Below, piece by piece: positions 39,309 through 50,852 of a stretch of DNA of 64,000 nucleotides. The stretch is from Actinomycetes bacterium. Its GTDB lineage: Bacteria > Actinomycetota > Actinomycetes > Nanopelagicales > Nanopelagicaceae. Location: the NCBI GenBank assembly GCA_037130455.1, contig JBAXSZ010000005.1, positions 374 to 64,373 of the forward strand, read 5' to 3'. The notes under the pieces were generated by a model. It saw nothing but the letters and a program-made list of their open reading frames with translations, was not told where the DNA came from and searched no databases. Both the position numbers and the translations under genes were made by a program. Every line of letters starts with the position of its first letter. Position 1 is the first letter of the stretch.

Positions 39309-39871
39309 TAGTTGGCTCGACCTAAATATGCTCCATTTCGAGTATCAACCAAGATCTTCTCATCCTGCTTAATAAAGAGCGGAACTTGGATCGATATACC
39401 AGTTTCGAGCGTTGCTGGTTTAGTTCCACCTGAAGATCGATCGCCTTGCAATCCTGGTTCGGTATAAGTGATGGTCAATTCCACCGAGGCCGGCAATTCA
39501 ACAAAGAGTGGGTTTCCTTCATGAACGCCGACGATTGCCTCGCAATTTTCCAGCATGAAATCGGCTGAATCTCCAACGGTTTCGGCGGAGATATTCATTT
39601 GGTCATAAGTCTTGGAATCCATAAAGACGAAATCCTCGCCGTCTTTGTATAGGAACTGCATATCGCGCTTTTCTAGAATGGCAACGTCAACTTTCACGCC
39701 AGCGTTAAAGGTGCGATCAATCACCTTGCCGGAAAGCACTGACTTCAACTTTGTTCGTACGAAGGCCGGACCCTTTCCCGGCTTTACATGCTGAAATTCA
39801 ACAACATTCCAGAGCTGACCTTCAATATCTAAAGTCATGCCATTCTTCAGGTCATTTGTGGTTGCCATCAA
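39308..39871 (-). CDS. efp: Translation elongation factor P
   Basis: 187 aa with DLKNGMTL...[20 protein letters not shown]. Confidence 0.93.
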   Translation of the reverse strand: MMATTNDLKNGMTLDIEGQLWNVVEFQHVKPGKGPAFVRTKLKSVLSGKVIDRTFNAGVKVDVAILEKRDMQFLYKDGEDFVFMDSKTYDQMNISAETVGDSADFMLENCEAIVGVHEGNPLFVELPASVELTITYTEPGLQGDRSSGGTKPATLETGISIQVPLFIKQDEKILVDTRNGAYLGRAN

Positions 39872-39973
39872 AAATCCATTCCGTAAGTTAAAAAAGTGTC
39901 TATCGCGATGAATACTGCAGGTAAGAAGAGTACCTGAAGAGTGCTTAGGCTAAAGAATTGACGCCCTAGTTGG

Positions 39974-40408
39974 CTAATTTGCGAGTAACTGAGCCAGCGC
40001 AATTAAGGCCAAGCGATAAGAATCCGGCCCAAAACCAGCGATTGTGCCCTTGGCTACTCCTGAGATCACAGAAGTATGGCGAAATTCCTCCCTCGCCATG
40101 GGGTTTGATAAATGGACTTCGATCAGGGGCGCCGTCAACATTTGCGCCGCATCGCGAATCGCATATGAGTAGTGGGTGAAGGCAGCTGGGTTAAGGATCA
40201 CCGGCAACTGTGAATCGGCCGCTTCGTGGAGCCAATGGATGATCTGGACTTCATCATCACTTTGGCGAATATCAACGTCAATTCCTAATTCCACAGCTGA
40301 GTCGGAAATATACTCAGATAATTTCTCAAAATTCATCTCCCCGTAAATGGCAGAATCTCGAAGATCCAGACGAGCCAGGTTTGGTCCATTGAGAACTAAT
40401 ACCTTCAT
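39974..40408 (-). CDS. aroQ: 3-dehydroquinate dehydratase, type II
   Basis: MKVLVLNGPNLARL...IYG and EVHLSNP motifs. I chose the ATG at 40406-40408, which overlaps the aroB stop as ATGA. The ORF track extends 19 codons further upstream. Confidence 0.9.
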   Translation of the reverse strand: MKVLVLNGPNLARLDLRDSAIYGEMNFEKLSEYISDSAVELGIDVDIRQSDDEVQIIHWLHEAADSQLPVILNPAAFTHYSYAIRDAAQMLTAPLIEVHLSNPMAREEFRHTSVISGVAKGTIAGFGPDSYRLALIALAQLLAN

Positions 40409-41460
40409 GAAGAAATCCTTCCATAAACTTGCGCAAGTAATTGATCCGAAGCTGCTTCTATCCAATCAGGTTGACCGATGCGAGAAATTCCAACAAACCT
40501 AAGCCGGCTCCCCCTGCTCTTCTTATCCGATCGCATCAAATCAAGTAATTGAGGCCATGCCTGTGCCGGGTAAGTAATTGGCAATCCAAAACGAGAGAGA
40601 AGTTGGCGATGTACATCCACACTAGATTCTGCAAGACCACATAATTCCCTACTTAATTCGGCAGCGAAGACCAATCCGATTGCAATAGCTTCTCCATGGC
40701 GCATCTGGTAATTAGCATGCTTTTCAATGGCGTGTCCAAGGGTGTGGCCATAGTTAAGTATTTCCCGCAACTTTCCTTCTTTAAAATCTGCACTGACAAC
40801 TCGTGCTTTTACCGTGATGCTTTTCTCTATCAACGCAGGTGCTTTTCCTCGGATCTCAATAAGAGATGCGGCCGAATCAATGAGCGAGAGGATTTCACTA
40901 TCCGCTATGAAACCAGTCTTAATTACTTCGGCCATTCCCGCAGCAAAGTCTCGATCACTAAGTGAATGTAAGAAAGAAGGATCCATCAAAACTGCAGAAG
41001 GCGAATAAAAAGCACCCACAAGATTCTTTCCCGCATCGGTATTTATCCCGGTTTTGCCACCAACGGAGGCATCGACCATGCCAGCCAATGTCGTCGGAAA
41101 GGCGAACCACTGGATTCCGCGTAACCAACTCGAAGCCGCAAACCCCGCCAGGTCGGTAGTGGCTCCGCCTCCTATTGCTACTATCGCATCGGACCTAGTG
41201 AAATTTTCATCTCCCAATTTCCCCCAAATATGGGTCAAGGTCTCCGCACTCTTTTGAGATTCTCCATCTGTAGTGTCAAAAATTATGCAATTTTTAAGTT
41301 CACCGATTACATCATCAATTCTAAAAAGTATTCGTAATGATTGCGGAATTACAATGAGAACTCTTTGGAAATTTCCGCTGATGCGCCCAAGTTCTTCAAC
41401 CCAATTAATTCCGATAGAAACTGCATATTGGCGATCTGAATTAACGGAAATTTCGGTCAT
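40405..41460 (-). CDS. aroB: 3-dehydroquinate synthase
   Basis: 351 aa with GGGATTDLAGFAAS, and metal ligands in NYGHTLGHAIE. Confidence 0.9.
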   Translation of the reverse strand: MTEISVNSDRQYAVSIGINWVEELGRISGNFQRVLIVIPQSLRILFRIDDVIGELKNCIIFDTTDGESQKSAETLTHIWGKLGDENFTRSDAIVAIGGGATTDLAGFAASSWLRGIQWFAFPTTLAGMVDASVGGKTGINTDAGKNLVGAFYSPSAVLMDPSFLHSLSDRDFAAGMAEVIKTGFIADSEILSLIDSAASLIEIRGKAPALIEKSITVKARVVSADFKEGKLREILNYGHTLGHAIEKHANYQMRHGEAIAIGLVFAAELSRELCGLAESSVDVHRQLLSRFGLPITYPAQAWPQLLDLMRSDKKSRGSRLRFVGISRIGQPDWIEAASDQLLAQVYGRISS

Positions 41461-41969
41461 GAAAGAATTCCCAGCAATATCGCGATCTCGTGAGCGACTT
41501 CATTGGGTTTCTTGTTATCCGTTGACACTGTGAAGTCTGCTAACTCTTCGTAGATGGGTCGACGCTTCTCCATGAGAGAGAGCCACTGTTGTCGGGGATT
41601 AATGAGCAAGAGGGGACGATCCTTATTAAATCCCACCCGTGGACCCGCTTGAGCGATGGAAACATCGAGAAACACCACGTGAGCGCTGGAACTCTGGATC
41701 AAGGACTGCGTCTTTGGATCCAAAATGGCGCCCCCACCAAGTGATAGAACGCCAGTGAGAAGTTGCAGACTTTCGGATACGACTTCGGCTTCGAGTTTAC
41801 GAAACACTGGTTCGCCATCATCGACGAAAATTTCCGAAATCTTCTTCTGGGACCGTTCTTCAATGAGAGCGTCGGTATCATGAAATGGAAGTTGAGCAAT
41901 TTTTGCCAACGCTTTGCCTACCGAAGATTTCCCAGCCCCAGGCGGGCCGATCAAAACTACGGTTGACAT
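41457..41969 (-). CDS. aroK: Shikimate kinase
   Basis: 170 aa with P-loop GPPGAGKSSVGK and LSLGGGA. Confidence 0.88.
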   Translation of the reverse strand: MSTVVLIGPPGAGKSSVGKALAKIAQLPFHDTDALIEERSQKKISEIFVDDGEPVFRKLEAEVVSESLQLLTGVLSLGGGAILDPKTQSLIQSSSAHVVFLDVSIAQAGPRVGFNKDRPLLLINPRQQWLSLMEKRRPIYEELADFTVSTDNKKPNEVAHEIAILLGILS

Positions 41970-41975
41970 TGCAAT

Positions 41976-43160
41976 TTACTCAATCTCTAACGAAGAAATG
42001 TAAGACTGGAAATTTCGACGAGTTTCCATGACGCTATCGCCGCCGAATTTTTCTAGGACGACATCTGCAAGTACCAGGGCCGCCATCGCCTCGCCTACGA
42101 TTCCGGCTGCAGGTACGGCACATACATCGGAACGTTGATTGATCGCTTTTGCAGGCATTCGAGTCAAGACATCGATCGTATCTAGCGCTTTTGGCACGGT
42201 GGATATTGGTTTCATCGCAATTTTGACCCGTAGAACTTCACCGTTGGACATACCACCTTCGGTTCCGCCGGCACGATCGGTTCGGCGCACAACTTTTCCG
42301 ATCTCATCAAGTTCAATTTCATCGTGGGCGATTGATCCTCTTCGGGTGGCGGACAAAAAGCCATCCCCCAGTTCAACGCCTTTAATCGCTTGAATCCCCA
42401 TCATTGCTGCAGCCAATTTGGAATCCAATCGACGATCCCAATGAACATGAGAGCCCAATCCGGGTGGAAGATTGAAGGCAAGGACTTCAATGACGCCACC
42501 AAGCGTGTCACCATCTGAATGAGCGGAATCAATCTCAGCCACCATGGCTTGGCTTGTCTTTGGATCCCAACAACGGACCGGATCGGCATCGACCAAATCT
42601 CGATCAGCAAATGTTGGAAGCGGCATTTCGTCTGGTACTCGGACTGACCCGATGGAGACGACGTGGCTCATGATGGTTATACCCACACTTTGCTCCAAAA
42701 AAGCCCGAGCAATTGCACCTAATGCTACGCGTGCAGCCGTTTCTCGAGCACTTGCCCGCTCCAGAATCGGTCGCGCATCGTTAAAGGCGTATTTCTGCAT
42801 ACCGACCAAATCAGCATGACCCGGACGAGGTCTAGTAAGAGGTGCATTTCGGGCTAAGGATGCCAATATCTCGGGCTCCACCAGATCGGCGGACATGACC
42901 TTCTCCCACTTCGGCCACTCAGAATTACCTACTTCGATGGCGATCGGGCCACCCTGGGTCAAACCGTGTCGAACTCCCCCTTGGATTGAAACCACATCCG
43001 CTTCGAAATTCTGGCGGGCACCCCGTCCGTAACCCAAGCGGCGACGTTGGAGGTCAGCATCAATAGCTGCTGTTGAAATTTCTACTTGCGCTGGGATACC
43101 TTCGACGATCGCGGTCAGGGCAGGTCCATGAGATTCTCCTGCTGTTAACCAGCGAATCAT
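41976..43160 (-). CDS. aroC: Chorismate synthase
   Basis: 394 aa with N-terminal [13 protein letters not shown] and GRSSARETA-like [12 protein letters not shown]. Confidence 0.93.
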   Translation of the reverse strand: MIRWLTAGESHGPALTAIVEGIPAQVEISTAAIDADLQRRRLGYGRGARQNFEADVVSIQGGVRHGLTQGGPIAIEVGNSEWPKWEKVMSADLVEPEILASLARNAPLTRPRPGHADLVGMQKYAFNDARPILERASARETAARVALGAIARAFLEQSVGITIMSHVVSIGSVRVPDEMPLPTFADRDLVDADPVRCWDPKTSQAMVAEIDSAHSDGDTLGGVIEVLAFNLPPGLGSHVHWDRRLDSKLAAAMMGIQAIKGVELGDGFLSATRRGSIAHDEIELDEIGKVVRRTDRAGGTEGGMSNGEVLRVKIAMKPISTVPKALDTIDVLTRMPAKAINQRSDVCAVPAAGIVGEAMAALVLADVVLEKFGGDSVMETRRNFQSYISSLEIE

Positions 43161-43237
43161 TTATTCCTCCTAAGGTTCTACTGCAGAACGTGGGCAATTG
43201 TCTCAGATTCTTCTCCTACCCGCTTCGAAATACCCTT

Positions 43238-44026
43238 CTAAGCTGACCGGACGACTCCATTTAAGAATTGTCGCATCTGTGTGTACTCGAAATCTCGGCC
43301 CGTCATGATCCTAATTTGATCCAGGGCCTGTTCCACCAGAAGGGTAAATCCATCGATTACTGGCAAATTCAACGCCTGCCATTTTGCCACTAGTTGGGTA
43401 GGCCAAGGGTTGTACAGGACTTCGAATAAGGTTCCTCGGGCTTGATGTACTGCCAACGCCAACGAATCGGCTGCCCCGGCTGGCAGAGTAGAAACAACCA
43501 GGTCGTAATCACTGAGGCTGGAATTGAGCGGCAGGAAATGGAGATCGAGATCCTGTCCGGCTTGCTGCAACTTCGGGATCCGCTCGCGACTTCGCAATAA
43601 AACATCGACACCCGAAACTAATCCTGTCAACGCTCCAAGTGCCGCCCTAGCTGTCCCACCTCCGCCGATAATCGCCACCTTGCTGATTTTCACATCTTGA
43701 AAAATTCTGACAAAGGCCAAGTAGTCGGTGGAACAGAGGATTGTCTTGCCGTCTTCAAAGAAAAGGGTATTTCCCGAAGAAATTCGCGCAGCTACAGGAT
43801 CAACGAAATCAACTATTCCCAGTGCGCTCTCTTTTAACGGCATGGTTAAAGAGAGTCCAGCCCATTCCGAAGCGTCCAAGGATTTGAGGAAATCGGCAAA
43901 ATTTGAATCCGCCATTTCAATCGCTGTATACATTCCCGGGTAACCCAGTTGTTGGTAAGCCGCGTTGTGAATAAGTGGAGAAAGACTATGGGAGATTGGC
44001 GACCCTAATACAGCAGCACGCATCAT
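43238..44026 (-). CDS. aroE: Shikimate dehydrogenase
   Basis: 262 aa with GSPISHSLSPLIHNAAY, NTL and a Rossmann IIGGGGTARAA. Confidence 0.8.
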   Translation of the reverse strand: MMRAAVLGSPISHSLSPLIHNAAYQQLGYPGMYTAIEMADSNFADFLKSLDASEWAGLSLTMPLKESALGIVDFVDPVAARISSGNTLFFEDGKTILCSTDYLAFVRIFQDVKISKVAIIGGGGTARAALGALTGLVSGVDVLLRSRERIPKLQQAGQDLDLHFLPLNSSLSDYDLVVSTLPAGAADSLALAVHQARGTLFEVLYNPWPTQLVAKWQALNLPVIDGFTLLVEQALDQIRIMTGRDFEYTQMRQFLNGVVRSA

Positions 44027-45030
44027 TTAAAAGCCCCCGCCGCCAAATTTTGATGGTAAACAATCTCCCACTTCGCAAATTGTGAATAATCTGCAGTGAA
44101 TCGAGTATCTCCAGGTTTGACTGTGATGAAGTACAGCCAACTTCCTTTCTCTGGATGAAGAGCCGAAAGAATTGCTGCCTGACCTGGATTGGAAATTGGC
44201 GTTGGCGGCAGACCTACATTTCGATAGGTGTTGTATGGAGACTGGATCTGCAGACTCGACGCGGATAGCGAAATCTGGCCGCGCAGATTTGCGGCGTATT
44301 GAACCGTCGAATTTAATTGCAACGGCATTCCGATCCGCAATCTGTTGTAAATTACTTGACTAATCTTTGCGAAGTCAGAAGGGTCGCCTTCCACTTGAGC
44401 CATGGATGCGACCGTGAGTACTTGGTAGCTGGAATAGTTTTCGAAACCTCGTTCTAAATGTACTTCCGCTGAAATCGTGGAAAATTTAGCGACCATAGCG
44501 TCGAATGCGCTCTTGGCCCTAGTTCCTTTAGCAAATGAATATTGGGCAGGAAAGAACATCCCCTCCAGGCTTCCACCTACATTTGCAATTGCTGGCTTTA
44601 CCTTTTTCAGAACAGCGTCCGAATAACCAGATATAGAGGAGCTGCTCTTTACTTGAGCCACCACATCGGAGAGTGTCGTGCCCTCTTTAATGTTGATGAC
44701 ACCAATCAATCTTTTCGTGTCCAATAGTTCCAAGAGCGCTTGGTTGGAAGTCAGATGCGTGTGAATTAAGTGGACGCCGGGCGCAATGGATTGAGAGCGA
44801 GGATCTTTTACGGCTAGTTGAAAAAAGATCTTAGAACTCTTGATGACGCCTCTCTTCTGTAAATTGATAGCAATAGCCGAACCACTTTGACCGTTTGCCA
44901 CCTCAAAAGAAATTTCAGTTCCTGGTGTGCCAGCCTTAAATTCGGCTGTAGGCCGGAACTGACCATAACTGAAAACAATCACTATCAGTATGCCGCCAAT
45001 AATCCATTTTCTTTTGCCAAGGAAATTCAC
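44023..45030 (-). CDS. mltG: Endolytic murein transglycosylase MltG (YceG-like)
   Basis: 335 aa with an N-terminal TM helix and a YceG core (ASMAQVEG, LQLNSTVQYA, SPYNTYRNVGLPPTPISNPG). Confidence 0.85.
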   Translation of the reverse strand: MNFLGKRKWIIGGILIVIVFSYGQFRPTAEFKAGTPGTEISFEVANGQSGSAIAINLQKRGVIKSSKIFFQLAVKDPRSQSIAPGVHLIHTHLTSNQALLELLDTKRLIGVINIKEGTTLSDVVAQVKSSSSISGYSDAVLKKVKPAIANVGGSLEGMFFPAQYSFAKGTRAKSAFDAMVAKFSTISAEVHLERGFENYSSYQVLTVASMAQVEGDPSDFAKISQVIYNRLRIGMPLQLNSTVQYAANLRGQISLSASSLQIQSPYNTYRNVGLPPTPISNPGQAAILSALHPEKGSWLYFITVKPGDTRFTADYSQFAKWEIVYHQNLAAGAFK

Positions 45031-45473
45031 AAAGTAGTCCCTTGAACTTTCCCGGTGATTCTCTCTTGTTCCATGGCGCTTTCCAGTATTACTACCGCTG
45101 CCATTTCGTCAATGGTCGAACGGGCACTCTTTGTGTTGTGACCCGAAGTACGCATATTCTGCATAGCCCCTACAGTGGAAAGCCTTTCATCAATCATGAT
45201 TACTGGGCATGGCGCCAAAGTTGACAGCATCCGACCGAAGTCAAGTGCTCCTTCACTTTTTACGCCACGATCGCCAGACATATGTTTAGGATCGCCCACA
45301 AAAACATAGATAGGTTCTACTTCAACAAAAATTTCACTAATTCGAAGTGCCAGATCTGGATCGCTTGCATCCAAGGTCAATAACGGTGAGGCCAGAATTC
45401 CGGAGCGATCAGAAGCAGCTACGCCAATTCGCACCTGTCCAAAGTCAAAGGCGATCCTTCTGCCAGTGAGCAT
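45027..45473 (-). CDS. ruvX: Holliday-junction resolvase-like pre-16S rRNA nuclease RuvX/YqgF
   Basis: 148 aa with GRRIAFDFGQVRIGVAASD and DERLSTV. Confidence 0.85.
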   Translation of the reverse strand: MLTGRRIAFDFGQVRIGVAASDRSGILASPLLTLDASDPDLALRISEIFVEVEPIYVFVGDPKHMSGDRGVKSEGALDFGRMLSTLAPCPVIMIDERLSTVGAMQNMRTSGHNTKSARSTIDEMAAVVILESAMEQERITGKVQGTTL

Positions 45474-45476
45474 GAG

Positions 45477-48161
45477 TTACCGACCGGAGGATTCGCTAAT
45501 CAGAGTCAAGATCATCGAGAGCGCTTCTTGGCTCTTCTCTGGATTAACGCCGCCACCTTGAGCAAAGTCAGCCTTACCTCCGCCGCCGCCACCCAAAACC
45601 AAAGATCCAGCTTTCACCAAATCACCTGCCTTTATTCCAAGGCTTTGAGCGAATTCACTGACGGAGGCAACGAGAGTTGCCCGGTCGCCGGAATTGGAAA
45701 TGAGAACCACCACACCATTCTTAATACGATTGCGCAAATTGGCAGCAATTTCCCGCAGATTCTCTACCGCTATGCCATCGGATAATTGAGCGATGATGAA
45801 ACTAACATCCCCAACTTGTCCAGTTTTATCCAAGAGTTTTTCGGCATCTTTGACCGCTTCGGCAGTTTTATATGTCGCAAGATCTTTCTCAGCGACCCGC
45901 AATTTCTCCAACATAGAGTGAATGCGCTCTGGAAGTTCTTCAACGCGAGCACCCTTCACTATTTCGGTGAGTGAGTTCAAAATCAGATGTTCCCGGGCCA
46001 AGAAGTTAAAGGCATCGGCTCCAACAAGAGCTTCCACTCGGCGAACCCCGGCACCAATGGAGGACTCGGAAAGTAACTTGACTAGCCCTAATTGGGCAGA
46101 GGAAGTCACATGCGTCCCACCGCATAATTCTTTTGCCCATTCACCAATACTGACAACGCGCACACGATCGCCATACTTCTCACCAAATAGCGCCATTGCT
46201 CCGATTGCCTTCGCTTCACTCTGGCTCATGGTTTGGGCCTGCACGGAAAGATTTTCTAGAAGTACAGTGTTAACTCTAGATTCAACTTCTTGAAGAACTG
46301 AATCCGGAACCGCGCTGGAAGAGGGAAAATCGAATCTAAACCGACCCGGAGCATTCTCGGAACCGGCCTGAGTTGCAGCCTCACCTAGGGCTTCGCGAAA
46401 TGCCTTGTGGACCATATGGGTTGCGGTATGTGCACGACTAATTGCCATACGTCGTTCAACGTCGATGGATGCCAGCACCGCAGAATCAACCGCCACAGAC
46501 CCTTGAACAATTCGACCGCGGTGAACATAAAGACCAGGAACCGGACTTTGCACTTCATCAATTTCAATCAAGGAGCCGTTGCTCAAACGAATCAATCCGC
46601 CGTCAGGAAGTTGTCCACCAGCTTCCGAGTAAAAAGGAGTGCGATCCAAGACGATTTCGACATCTTGATCGAGATCGGCTTCAGATACCGGCACACCATC
46701 AATCAAAATTGCTTTTATCGTAGATTCAGTTTCGGTCTGGTCGTAACCTAAGAATGAAGTGGATCCCACTGTGTCAATAATGGCGCGATACTCACTTAAG
46801 TCAGTGTGCCCAGTCTTCTTGGCTCGAGCATCGGCCTTCGCGCGATCCTTCTGCTCCTTCATCAATCGACGGAAGCCATCTTCATCCACGGAGAGATTCA
46901 TTTCCGTGGCCATTTCCAAGGTCAAATCAAATGGAAAGCCGTAGGTATCGTGCAATTTAAAGACGGTATCTCCAGTAAGTTTTACACTCTTGCTCTTCTT
47001 TACCTCTGCCGCCGCTAGATCGAATATTAAAGTTCCACTTTTGAGAGTTTGCAAGAAAGACTCTTCCTCGCCAACAGATACTGAAAGAATTCTGGCTCGG
47101 TCTTCAATCAATTCTGGGTATTGAGGCCCCATTGCTTGCAATGATGCTTCAATGAGTTCACCGAAAGTTGGCTCGTGCGCTCCTAGGATTCGCATATTTC
47201 TAATAGTGCGTCGCATCATTCGGCGAAGAACATAGCCGCGACCTTCATTGCCCGGCAAAACTCCATCGCCAATCAACATCATGGAAGTTCGTGCATGGTC
47301 TGCAATGACGCGAAGAGCAACATCACTTTTTGCATTGGAACCGTAACGAACATTGGTTAACTCAGTAGCCCGATTTAAAATTTGCATAGTGGTATCAATT
47401 TCGTAGATATTTTCCACACCTTGCAAAAGCGCAGCCGTTCGTTCCAAACCTAGGCCAGTATCAATACTTTTGGCGGGAAGTTCTCCGACGATGGGGAAAT
47501 CATCTTTACTGCCACCTTGACCACGCATATTCTGCATGAAGACAAGATTCCAGACTTCCAAATAGCGATCCTCGTCAGCAACCGGACCGCCCTCTTTGCC
47601 GTATTGGGGACCTCGGTCGTAATAAATTTCCGAACAAGGTCCGCACGGTCCAGGAATACCCATTGACCAGAAATTGTCAGCCATACCCCTTCGTTGAATG
47701 CGTTCGCGTGGGATCCCAATTTGGTTGTGCCAAATATCAGCGGCTTCGTCATCGTTTTGATATACGGTTACCCATAACTTCGATTCGGGAAATCCATAAC
47801 CGCCATCGGCGATAGGTTTTGTCAGTAACTCCCAGGCCAGAGCAATGGCGCCCTCTTTGAAATAATCACCGAAAGAAAAATTTCCGCACATCTGAAAGAA
47901 GGAGGCGTGGCGGGTGGTCTTTCCCACTTCCTCAATATCCAGGGTCCGCACACATTTTTGTACCGAGGTGGCACGTTGATAAGGAGGAGTCATCTCCCCC
48001 AAGAAGAAGGGCTTGAATGGAACCATCCCGGCGTTGACAAGGAGCAAGTTGGGATCGTCAGCTATTAAGGAGGCCGAAGGTACCACGGTGTGTTGTAAGC
48101 CTTGGCTATTGCCTGATTCAAAAAATTTAAGCCAACGTTCCCGAATTTCTGCTGAATTCAC
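45477..48161 (-). CDS. alaS: Alanine-tRNA ligase
   Basis: 894 aa with class II motifs and editing-domain HTATHMVH and CGGTHV. Confidence 0.95.
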   Translation of the reverse strand: MNSAEIRERWLKFFESGNSQGLQHTVVPSASLIADDPNLLLVNAGMVPFKPFFLGEMTPPYQRATSVQKCVRTLDIEEVGKTTRHASFFQMCGNFSFGDYFKEGAIALAWELLTKPIADGGYGFPESKLWVTVYQNDDEAADIWHNQIGIPRERIQRRGMADNFWSMGIPGPCGPCSEIYYDRGPQYGKEGGPVADEDRYLEVWNLVFMQNMRGQGGSKDDFPIVGELPAKSIDTGLGLERTAALLQGVENIYEIDTTMQILNRATELTNVRYGSNAKSDVALRVIADHARTSMMLIGDGVLPGNEGRGYVLRRMMRRTIRNMRILGAHEPTFGELIEASLQAMGPQYPELIEDRARILSVSVGEEESFLQTLKSGTLIFDLAAAEVKKSKSVKLTGDTVFKLHDTYGFPFDLTLEMATEMNLSVDEDGFRRLMKEQKDRAKADARAKKTGHTDLSEYRAIIDTVGSTSFLGYDQTETESTIKAILIDGVPVSEADLDQDVEIVLDRTPFYSEAGGQLPDGGLIRLSNGSLIEIDEVQSPVPGLYVHRGRIVQGSVAVDSAVLASIDVERRMAISRAHTATHMVHKAFREALGEAATQAGSENAPGRFRFDFPSSSAVPDSVLQEVESRVNTVLLENLSVQAQTMSQSEAKAIGAMALFGEKYGDRVRVVSIGEWAKELCGGTHVTSSAQLGLVKLLSESSIGAGVRRVEALVGADAFNFLAREHLILNSLTEIVKGARVEELPERIHSMLEKLRVAEKDLATYKTAEAVKDAEKLLDKTGQVGDVSFIIAQLSDGIAVENLREIAANLRNRIKNGVVVLISNSGDRATLVASVSEFAQSLGIKAGDLVKAGSLVLGGGGGGKADFAQGGGVNPEKSQEALSMILTLISESSGR

Positions 48162-48166
48162 GCTTG

Positions 48167-48553
48167 CTACTCGGAATCGCTGGAAGATCGGCGCCTGGAC
48201 TTGTTGGGCTTACTAGCGCCTTTTTTCAATTGCGCGGCAGCCAAAATCGCTCCAGCTGCTTTCATGGCCAAAGTGTTCTTATCCATGAAGGAACCCGTTG
48301 CGGAGGTGATCTTCTCGGTCAACTCTTCAGCCGACTTGGTAATTTTGTTGATGCTCTGGAGTGGGCCATTAACCAAAGTGACCGTAGTAGTGACCTCTTC
48401 GATGAGAGGCGCGGTTTCATCCGTTAACGACTTCAACGAGACCTTTGCTTCGTCCACCAGTCTGCCGACTCGGATGACTACATAAGAAATCGCGATAGCA
48501 ATAACTGCCAATGATGATGCCGCAATGATTGTGGCAATGCCTCCAGGACCCAT
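48167..48553 (-). CDS. DUF948-family membrane-anchored coiled-coil protein
   Basis: 128 aa with one N-terminal TM helix ([22 protein letters not shown]), a helical region and a basic tail. It sits immediately upstream of alaS, as in other actinobacteria (from memory). Confidence 0.6.
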   Translation of the reverse strand: MGPGGIATIIAASSLAVIAIAISYVVIRVGRLVDEAKVSLKSLTDETAPLIEEVTTTVTLVNGPLQSINKITKSAEELTEKITSATGSFMDKNTLAMKAAGAILAAAQLKKGASKPNKSRRRSSSDSE

Positions 48554-48572
48554 ACCTACAGACTACCCGAAA

Positions 48573-50852
48573 CTACTCTTGCGTCGAAGCAAATAAAGGA
48601 AGCACCACATCAGATTTCTGATGGGATTTGTGAGCATTAAGTGCCGCCAGATGGTAATCCTCAATCGCTGCAATATTGTTGGAATTCAGGTATGGACGCC
48701 CATCTACCAAAGGTCCTACAGACCCTTCCATAACTGCCACTACATCTTCGCCCGAAAGTGTTTTATAGGTCTCTAATGCATGGGCCAAAGCGAGTACTTT
48801 GACACGATTCTCAACCAAAATCTCCAGCGCTTTTTCAAGAAGTGTAGATAAATTATCTTCGATTCGATCTGAAAGGGCTCTGCGCATCTCCTTTGCGCCA
48901 TCCTCCTTACCTTTGCCGCCCCCGGGTGCACCAACTTCAAAACGGCGATTGGATGCATGGGATGAGACGGTAATGCCCATCCCCCAGTGACCTTCCATAA
49001 AACTAGCGATAGTGGTTGCACTCTCTAAATCGCCAGAGACTCCGGATGAGTTATCTCCATCAAAGAACATTCGCTCCCCAGCCAAAGAGGCAAGCGAGAC
49101 CAGAATGTCGGCTTCGTACTCAGTGCGCCATCGGGTGAATTGGTCATCGGGTGGAATGCTGGCAACCATTCCCAGATAATCCGAGCCCTTTTCGATCGTA
49201 GCCAGATCAATAGTCATGTGATACCGAGCTAAATAGGCCATAACTCCATGGCAGGCTTCATGAACCGCCACTGCATGACGCTCTCGGTCGATATATTCAA
49301 CATCTTCGGCCGGTCCCAACTCCTTAAGTTGCTTTGCCTTAATCATGTCGGACCAGGTGATGGAAGTTCGCCCATGACGAATTGCCATGATCAGCGCTTC
49401 ATTTATCGTGTCCTTTATTGTGGCACCAGTTGCATACGGGGTGATGGTCGCCAATTTATCAACTTCTTCGGCACTCAAGGAGTGCGAAACTTTTGAGAGA
49501 TAGCCTTCATAAGTCCTAATGCGACCAGCCTTGCTTGGGTACCCGACTCGGTACATCCGATCAATTCTTCCAGGGCGCAACAGCGCTTCATCCAGCGCTT
49601 CTGGCATGTTGGTAGCCATCACAACCAAGATTCGATACTTGGGAGGATTCTTCGGGCGCATTCCCAAAGTACGGCGAACAATGCGATTAAAAAATCCGCG
49701 CGGTTTCTTCAATCCGGAAAGTTCCGTTAGTAGGGCTTGAAGCGTACCCATTCCAGAATTGCCACCACCCATGGCGCTGTTGGCAACAAAACTTTCTTGA
49801 GTGAGAAGGTTGTGAGTTAATAAGTTCACACTTGGTTCGGACAAATAGGTACCGCCTCGGCATTGGGTTCCCGATAGCGCACTTGTGTTATTGGCAGAGT
49901 TGAGCGAGAAGCGACCACCTGAACTGGAAATTCCACGATTACCCAGAGAGTCTGCTTCATCAAAAAATACAACGACTCCGCCATAGCGAAGTGCAAGCTT
50001 TCGTAATTTTCTAAAGAGTGATTTTACCTTCAAGACACCAACACCAAAGAACATATTGTTAAAGGCGCCAGGATCTACGAATACAAAAGGTTTACCGGTC
50101 TCCCCCGCCATGGATTCGGCCATCAAGGTCTTTCCAGTTCCCGGAGGTCCCCACAACAAAATTCCACCGGGTACATAGCCGCCATGTTTTTCAATTTCCT
50201 CGGGTGATTCTAGGAAGAGCAAATTCTCACGAATTCGATTGAGAACATGGTCCTGCCCCCAGACATCGGAAAACCTAGTGCGGATGTCATCTGGGAAATA
50301 GGTATCAATGCCACCTCGACTGAGAAACCAAAACATCGCAACAAATTGAATGACGACGAAAAAGACTCCGAAGAGTAACTGACCAAGGAGCGGAAGTGCG
50401 CTCCAGAGCGCCTTAGGCGCCATAAACAATGCCTTAACCGGAGTTTCCTTGTAGATCGCGCTCAGTACAACCGACAACATCACAATAAAGAGAAGAGCTT
50501 TGACCACTCGAGAAATTCGGTAGCGAGTCCAATCGCTGAACTTGTGAATCAGAGAATCTACAGCTGCAAAATATCTTTGCCAGATCCCATGATAGGGAGC
50601 GAGCATTTCGGCCAACCCAAAGTGGGCCTGTCGGATGACTTCGGCACCCAGAAGGAAGAATATCCACCATCGAGTGCGAAAACCGCTGACGATCGCATCT
50701 TTTGCAGAAAGGATTGGATTATCGGCCAGATCGGCCCAGACCAAAATGAAAAATACGATGGTAAAAAGAAGCGTGAACTTCAAGCGATCATAAACCGATA
50801 AGTGAATCCGAGTTTTTCTATCGGTATCTCGCGGACGACTGCTCTCGGTCAT
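48573..50852 (-). CDS. Atypical FtsH-like membrane AAA+ ATPase / M41 zinc metalloprotease paralogue
   Basis: 759 aa with about 4-5 N-terminal hydrophobic segments. It has Walker A GPPGTGKT, pore-loop-like MFFGVG, Walker B VVFFDEAD and SRH ATNMPEALDEALLRPGRIDR. The zinc site is HEACH plus a downstream LAGERMF, and GVSGDLESAT is present. There is a large low-complexity insertion inside the AAA module. Confidence 0.75.
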   Translation of the reverse strand: MTESSRPRDTDRKTRIHLSVYDRLKFTLLFTIVFFILVWADLADNPILSAKDAIVSGFRTRWWIFFLLGAEVIRQAHFGLAEMLAPYHGIWQRYFAAVDSLIHKFSDWTRYRISRVVKALLFIVMLSVVLSAIYKETPVKALFMAPKALWSALPLLGQLLFGVFFVVIQFVAMFWFLSRGGIDTYFPDDIRTRFSDVWGQDHVLNRIRENLLFLESPEEIEKHGGYVPGGILLWGPPGTGKTLMAESMAGETGKPFVFVDPGAFNNMFFGVGVLKVKSLFRKLRKLALRYGGVVVFFDEADSLGNRGISSSGGRFSLNSANNTSALSGTQCRGGTYLSEPSVNLLTHNLLTQESFVANSAMGGGNSGMGTLQALLTELSGLKKPRGFFNRIVRRTLGMRPKNPPKYRILVVMATNMPEALDEALLRPGRIDRMYRVGYPSKAGRIRTYEGYLSKVSHSLSAEEVDKLATITPYATGATIKDTINEALIMAIRHGRTSITWSDMIKAKQLKELGPAEDVEYIDRERHAVAVHEACHGVMAYLARYHMTIDLATIEKGSDYLGMVASIPPDDQFTRWRTEYEADILVSLASLAGERMFFDGDNSSGVSGDLESATTIASFMEGHWGMGITVSSHASNRRFEVGAPGGGKGKEDGAKEMRRALSDRIEDNLSTLLEKALEILVENRVKVLALAHALETYKTLSGEDVVAVMEGSVGPLVDGRPYLNSNNIAAIEDYHLAALNAHKSHQKSDVVLPLFASTQE

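Noticed and set aside
39918-39936. Hairpin CAGGTA-agaagag-TACCTG between aroQ and efp as an intrinsic terminator
   Set aside because: The 6-bp stem is AT-rich and is not followed by a U tract on the minus strand. It could equally be chance or part of the efp promoter region.
48573-50852. Calling this ORF the housekeeping ftsH
   Set aside because: The membrane topology (4-5 TM rather than 2 TM plus a periplasmic domain), the large AAA-domain insertions and the non-canonical locus argue for a paralogue. The gene symbol is left empty pending phylogeny.
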